A stretch of DNA of 64,000 bases from a virus (taxonomy: Duplodnaviria; Heunggongvirae; Uroviricota; Caudoviricetes): the IMG/VR virus record IMGVR_UViG_3300029615_000411, positions 55,874 through 119,873 of that record, one strand, 5' to 3'. The translations under genes were made by a program, and so were the position numbers. Each line of letters opens with the position of its first letter. The stretch's first letter is position 1. The notes below the pieces were generated by a model. That model saw only the letters and a program-made list of their open reading frames with translations, was not told the DNA's origin and ran no database searches. This document shows positions 59,427 to 64,000 of the stretch, one piece after another.

Positions 59427-59972
59427 TCATGCAGCACCTTTCGTACCACACTGAGAACCGTTAGATTCTCCCTTGGTAATTTTTCCAGAAGTCCACGGCC
59501 CGGTGTATATGCCTACTTCTCCAAACTGCTCCAGCAAAATATCCTGAATTGCGTCCAGATAATGCCGGTAATGTTGTTTCTGCAGACCGGATAAATCTAC
59601 ATCGCCGTACTCGGACTCCTTCTGAATCAGTTCGACAGCCTCAGCCCATTCGTTATCCTCAACGATGATATAGAACAACTTGTTTTCGAGAATAACCTTT
59701 CCGTTTCTGTGGTTAGGTAGCCAAGTCTGATTGGGTTCCTCGAAACTTTGGTAACGGCGCATCATCTCATTTACAAGGTTTGTACGATACTCGTCCAGCA
59801 ACAACTGGCTTGCATCATCATCGAATTCGAATTCCGGCATCTCCTCATAGGAAATATCCTTCAGCAGCCTTTGCTCAGAATCGTCCTTTTTGGTGTAACA
59901 GAGGACATTATCATAGTCTACATAAACAACGCCTTCGTATTTCCCATCGGGACAAATATTACCTCTGCCCAT
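59427..59972 (-). CDS. Hypothetical protein
   Basis: GGAGG RBS before MGRGN. Confidence 0.75.
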   Translation of the reverse strand: MGRGNICPDGKYEGVVYVDYDNVLCYTKKDDSEQRLLKDISYEEMPEFEFDDDASQLLLDEYRTNLVNEMMRRYQSFEEPNQTWLPNHRNGKVILENKLFYIIVEDNEWAEAVELIQKESEYGDVDLSGLQKQHYRHYLDAIQDILLEQFGEVGIYTGPWTSGKITKGESNGSQCGTKGAA

Positions 59973-59976
59973 AAAA

Positions 59977-60618
59977 TCAATCCTCCACAATAGTTTCAAT
60001 TTGCAGAATTCGAGTATAGCAGGAACCGTGATTTCCGTAAATCCCGTAACCGCCATCCTCATATTCCTTGCTTTCATCTTCCGTAACGTCACGGACATCC
60101 TGTACACCGGGCATAGACTCCGCATGAAGAAAATCAACAGCCTTATCTACTGCGTCACAGGAGTTTAATGCACGAACAATGACATTCATAGGCCATGCAA
60201 GCCCACTATCGACAGTTACCTTGTAGATATTGTTGCCATCCCACGCATCACCATTGGCAAGATAAAGGTTTTCACCGAAATACCATCCGTTGGCATACGG
60301 ATAAATGGTCTCAAGACCAAAATGCTTAGCAATTTCGCCAAGCCGTCCTTCCTGCATCACAAGACCATGACTGTCCTGCAAGTTGGTAAAGGACGAAATT
60401 CGTTTCAGCACGGCATTCTCGGAATGCATATCACGGATAGTCTCTTTGATAACCTCATCGATTTCATCCCATGTACTGGCGTCCACGATGAATACGGTGT
60501 TATCGCTGTATTCAAGTGCCCAAATGGCGTGATTTTCTTTCTTCACATCCTTCGTAGGAAGGAAAACAACATTGTTAATTTTAAAAGTGTCATTACAAAC
60601 AGAAATCGGCATACTCAT
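59977..60618 (-). CDS. Hypothetical protein
   Basis: AAGGAG RBS. Confidence 0.75.
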   Translation of the reverse strand: MSMPISVCNDTFKINNVVFLPTKDVKKENHAIWALEYSDNTVFIVDASTWDEIDEVIKETIRDMHSENAVLKRISSFTNLQDSHGLVMQEGRLGEIAKHFGLETIYPYANGWYFGENLYLANGDAWDGNNIYKVTVDSGLAWPMNVIVRALNSCDAVDKAVDFLHAESMPGVQDVRDVTEDESKEYEDGGYGIYGNHGSCYTRILQIETIVED

Positions 60619-60647
60619 AAAATTACGCTCCTTTTTTACTTGTTTGG

Positions 60648-60757
60648 CAACAAAAATACCGCCACCTCTTACGAGATAGCGGTATATCGATTTTGAATTT
60701 TTGCTGCCTTTTATTTATCGGATATACTTAGTATATTGACTTTGCAGCAAAAGGCAA
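60648..60757 (-). promoter_or_regulatory. Class I promoter-leader-terminator cassette
   Basis: TTGCCT-N16-TATACT; TTCAAAATCGAT-ATACCGCTATCTC/GAGGTGGCGGTAT-TTTTGT. Confidence 0.85.
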
Positions 60758-60775
60758 GAAGACTGCGCTGCAGGC

Positions 60776-61849
60776 TTATCTTGCGAACAGCTTTTTCACC
60801 ATACTGGCAGCATTATCGCCTTCTGCCGAACCCTCTAACTTACTGGCAACGAAATCAACGACAGCCATTGCCATCCAATTTTCGGTTCCATACATTTCAA
60901 ATGCTTCTTTGCGTGCATCACAATAGGTGAACGCAACAGCGTTATTCAGAATCGCCATGCCCAGAACTTCATTGACATCGTCTGTCGTGTAATTACGCAA
61001 AAATGTCTCTAAATCAGACATTTCTTCGTCTGCCGTCTCCTTGATATTGTTTTCGAGCCAACGTTTCGAAATGGCTACGGTTTCCTCTACACTTTCATAG
61101 TCTTCATCGACGCAGCGGGTCAGAAATACGGCCTCATCCGGACCAAGATTTTCATCCTCACTACGCGAACTTGTCACGGACTTTTTGAAAAGCTCAGGAA
61201 CTTTCTCCGTTCCCATTTCGCCGATGATGTACTGTTTGGCGTCGTCAAAACTCGAAAAAGACTTGTAAGAGCTCACATACTCCAAAGACCTAAACTTGTT
61301 CTCAGCTATATCGATAATAGCTTCTGACAAGGAGGTTTTTTGGGGATGTTTTTCATCCTCAAGGGAAAGAAGCAGCAGTTTACGCAGTTCTCGGATATCG
61401 AGCGCATCAAGGTTTACGAATTCATGAACCGCCATAAAATCATGGTCAGTGATTTTGGTGATGGCATAAAATTCGAACTCTTCTGTACCGAATTGACGAC
61501 GGCACTCAAAATTGTCCGCATCAATCAAATACCACCGGGTAGCCTCGCGTTCTACCTTACACAGTGCTTCCGAGAGCTCCAACAGCATACGCTTGATGGC
61601 ATCTGCATCATCAAGAAGCTCCCGCAAACCCGGCGCACCAGACATACCGAGGTTTTCTTTTGCGTGCTCTTCCGGGTCAAAGTCATTCGCGTAATCAAAT
61701 ACCTCATCACAGAAATTCAGTTTTGGAACGGTGAAATAGAAATCTTCACCAGCAGGACTGCCCTGACTTAATTCAACGGTATCGTTGTCATCATAAGACA
61801 CAGACCAACCAAGTTCCTCCCATTTTTCCTCAAACTGATACAAAAACAT
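60776..61849 (-). CDS. Acidic hypothetical protein
   Basis: 357 aa ORF; SPAGEDF motif. Confidence 0.75.
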   Translation of the reverse strand: MFLYQFEEKWEELGWSVSYDDNDTVELSQGSPAGEDFYFTVPKLNFCDEVFDYANDFDPEEHAKENLGMSGAPGLRELLDDADAIKRMLLELSEALCKVEREATRWYLIDADNFECRRQFGTEEFEFYAITKITDHDFMAVHEFVNLDALDIRELRKLLLLSLEDEKHPQKTSLSEAIIDIAENKFRSLEYVSSYKSFSSFDDAKQYIIGEMGTEKVPELFKKSVTSSRSEDENLGPDEAVFLTRCVDEDYESVEETVAISKRWLENNIKETADEEMSDLETFLRNYTTDDVNEVLGMAILNNAVAFTYCDARKEAFEMYGTENWMAMAVVDFVASKLEGSAEGDNAASMVKKLFAR

Positions 61850-61864
61850 ATTTTATCCCCTTTC

Positions 61865-61973
61865 CAACAAAAAACCGCCATCTCTCACGAGATAGCGGTA
61901 TATCGATTTTGAATTTTTATTGTTTTTTATCTATCGGATATACTTAGTATATCGATTTTGCAGCAAAAGGCAA
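61865..61973 (-). promoter_or_regulatory. Class I promoter-leader-terminator cassette
   Basis: TTGCCT-TTTGCTGCAAAATCGA-TATACT; near copy of 60648-60757. Confidence 0.85.
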
Positions 61974-61994
61974 GGTGATTACAAAAAGAGCTTT

Positions 61995-62351
61995 TCACAT
62001 CCCGATTTTCTCAAGATACGGGATAGCGGCACGCATCCTTTCGCACTCCCAACTTCTGCGGGGGTTGCGTTCGTGCTTCTTGATGAACTCCTTCATCTCG
62101 GCGGAGGTTTCGGCACCCAGTCCGATGGCGGCTAAGATTTCCCTTGCACCGTCACACTTCATGGCTTTCAGGGTATCCGACTCAATTTCGCGTCCGCCCT
62201 CAAACGGCTGCATAAATTTGAGTCTGCAGAACGGGAGGTAGCCTTCCGGTGCATTATCGCCGATATTCCAAATGATATAGCCGAGAGGCGGTTCCGTTAC
62301 GACTTCGTAGGTATCGCATACGCCAAGCGCAGTAGTATGATGGATTTTCAT
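61995..62351 (-). CDS. Hypothetical protein
   Basis: GGAG RBS. Confidence 0.7.
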   Translation of the reverse strand: MKIHHTTALGVCDTYEVVTEPPLGYIIWNIGDNAPEGYLPFCRLKFMQPFEGGREIESDTLKAMKCDGAREILAAIGLGAETSAEMKEFIKKHERNPRRSWECERMRAAIPYLEKIGM

Positions 62352-62368
62352 TGTGTTGCTCCATTTCT

Positions 62369-62848
62369 TTACAAGTTAAGTGTGACAGGACGTTCACTCA
62401 ATTCATATTTCTTGGTCTCAACGCCGGAAATCCTGAACATGTGACGCGCTGCAATATTATTATTGGAATTTTTGTACTTATCGTCCAGATAGACAATACG
62501 CTTGATTCCGCTTTGAATGATTGCTTTCGCACACTCATTGCACGGGAAGAGCGTCACATATATCGTGGAACCGTGGAGGTCCTTGCCAGCATTGAGGATA
62601 GCGTTCAGCTCAGAATGACAGACATACATGTACTTGGTATCAAGGTCGTCACCTTCCCTGCCCCAAGGCATGATATCGTCGTCGCAGCCAATCGGCATAC
62701 CGTTGTATCCCAGTGACAGGATTTTATTGTCACGCACAATGCATGCGCCTACCTGACTGTTGGGGTCTTTACTGCGCATTGCAGATAACATAGCAATACC
62801 CATAAAGTATTCATCCCATGAGATATAATCTTTCCGTTTTTCACTCAT
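62369..62848 (-). CDS. dCMP deaminase
   Basis: WDEYFM..A...A.RSKDP..QVGA, GYNG, HSELNA, PCNECAK. Confidence 0.93.
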   Translation of the reverse strand: MSEKRKDYISWDEYFMGIAMLSAMRSKDPNSQVGACIVRDNKILSLGYNGMPIGCDDDIMPWGREGDDLDTKYMYVCHSELNAILNAGKDLHGSTIYVTLFPCNECAKAIIQSGIKRIVYLDDKYKNSNNNIAARHMFRISGVETKKYELSERPVTLNL

Positions 62849-62852
62849 GTAT

Positions 62853-63149
62853 TTACTCCTCTTCTTCTTTGATGACCTTATACCGGCTTTCAATCTGATA
62901 ATCATCGCCGTCCCAGCAACGAACCACAAAATCGAAGTCATCCGGGTCTTCATCGACCGCAAAGAACACGCTCTCTGCACTGCCGTTATTTTCCCGGTTG
63001 CTTAAATTCAGTTCCTGCGCGGCCGCAAAAGCATTCAGCTCTGCTGCCATATATGCCATATCCTCTGTCGGATAGGATGCAGGCAGATATTCATCCTCGG
63101 ACTTATGCGCGGCGCTGTAATAGTATCCGCGTTTCAAAATCTTATACAT
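62853..63149 (-). CDS. Hypothetical protein
   Basis: AAGGAG RBS. Confidence 0.7.
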   Translation of the reverse strand: MYKILKRGYYYSAAHKSEDEYLPASYPTEDMAYMAAELNAFAAAQELNLSNRENNGSAESVFFAVDEDPDDFDFVVRCWDGDDYQIESRYKVIKEEEE

Positions 63150-63222
63150 TCTTCATACTCCTTTGTGTTTTAGAGTGTTTGATAAACGCTGCTCACCTGC
63201 ATGAGCAAACGGGTTTTAGGCA

Positions 63223-63663
63223 CTAAACCTCCGAAATGTGAATTGCGCCTTTCGCGGCCTCGACACATTCATCGAAGTGATTTTCAATGTATTGAGCAAT
63301 CGCATCAAGCCGAATATTTAAAGATGTTTGGTCGAACGATGTCCCTGTCTCGCTTTTGAACAAACGCGCTGCTTTGCGATATATTTCGTGTAGATATTCG
63401 TCAATCGCTTCCAGTTTTTTAACGTCGTTCTGAGCATTGTGCAGGAGATATGTTTTGTTGTCCGTTTTAAGAAACAATTTGCTCTTTCCTACAATGTCTC
63501 CGTACACACTGCAAGCAACATACCCGATTTTTGCATCAACGGGTAAATTGTTCCAAGTTCTGGTTGTTGTATGTGGTTGGAAATCACCTTTTCCGCCGTT
63601 GTACTCCCATTCGATAAACTCGCGAATTGTGAGCAAGTCGCCATTGTCATTTATGATAAGCAT
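63223..63663 (-). CDS. Hypothetical protein
   Basis: GAGG RBS. Confidence 0.7.
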   Translation of the reverse strand: MLIINDNGDLLTIREFIEWEYNGGKGDFQPHTTTRTWNNLPVDAKIGYVACSVYGDIVGKSKLFLKTDNKTYLLHNAQNDVKKLEAIDEYLHEIYRKAARLFKSETGTSFDQTSLNIRLDAIAQYIENHFDECVEAAKGAIHISEV

Positions 63664-63672
63664 AGTAATACC

Positions 63673-63858
63673 TCACACTTTGTAAATCCATGAGCCGACC
63701 CGTACAACATCACATTCGTAGCCCCAGAAAAGCTTTCGCATTCCTCTTACGCTGCCACTGATGTGAATAGATGGATTGTTTTGGATATACTTGCTGGATT
63801 TACCCGTTCGCTGCTCATATTCTTTGCGCGAACGATAATAATGCCCTGTCGTTTTCAT
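63673..63858 (-). CDS. Small basic hypothetical protein
   Basis: AAGGTG RBS. Confidence 0.65.
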   Translation of the reverse strand: MKTTGHYYRSRKEYEQRTGKSSKYIQNNPSIHISGSVRGMRKLFWGYECDVVRVGSWIYKV

Positions 63859-63868
63859 GTTGCACCTT

Positions 63869-64000
63869 TCAATCTACTAAGTAGCCATTTTTAGCGTATT
63901 GTTTAAACGCATCATCCAACTGCATATTGAAACGCTCGCCGATGTCAGCGTCCTTGAATTTACGGATTTTGGCGAGAGCCTTGGCGTAATTGATGTCATA
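63869..64000 (-). CDS. Partial CDS (C-terminus) running off the window
   Basis: Open frame YDINYAKALAK...GYLVD-stop. Confidence 0.55.
   Translation of the reverse strand, partial: YDINYAKALAKIRKFKDADIGERFNMQLDDAFKQYAKNGYLVD

Overview
This 64 kb window (moderate GC) looks like part of a very large mobile replicon, either a jumbo phage or a megaplasmid, from an anaerobic gut Firmicute (Clostridia/Oscillospiraceae-like signals). Nearly all genes are on the minus strand. No virion or conjugation genes were recognised in this window. Recognisable proteins include RecG, topoisomerase III, NrdD, dCMP deaminase, an SSB-like protein, a MoxR-type AAA+ ATPase and a distant VWA protein, a GHKL ATPase, NADAR, HD hydrolases, a lytic transglycosylase, bactofilin, several nucleases and a TROVE/Ro60 protein. 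The non-coding content is unusually rich: 24 tRNA genes, a tmRNA, three Y-RNA-like genes (one a circularly permuted tRNA mimic), several large structured RNA candidates and two cas-less mini CRISPR arrays. A promoter with a conserved 11-mer recurs 16 times and is usually followed by a leader and terminator hairpin, which suggests an element-wide antitermination regulon. All calls were made by eye from motifs and base pairing; no database searches were run.
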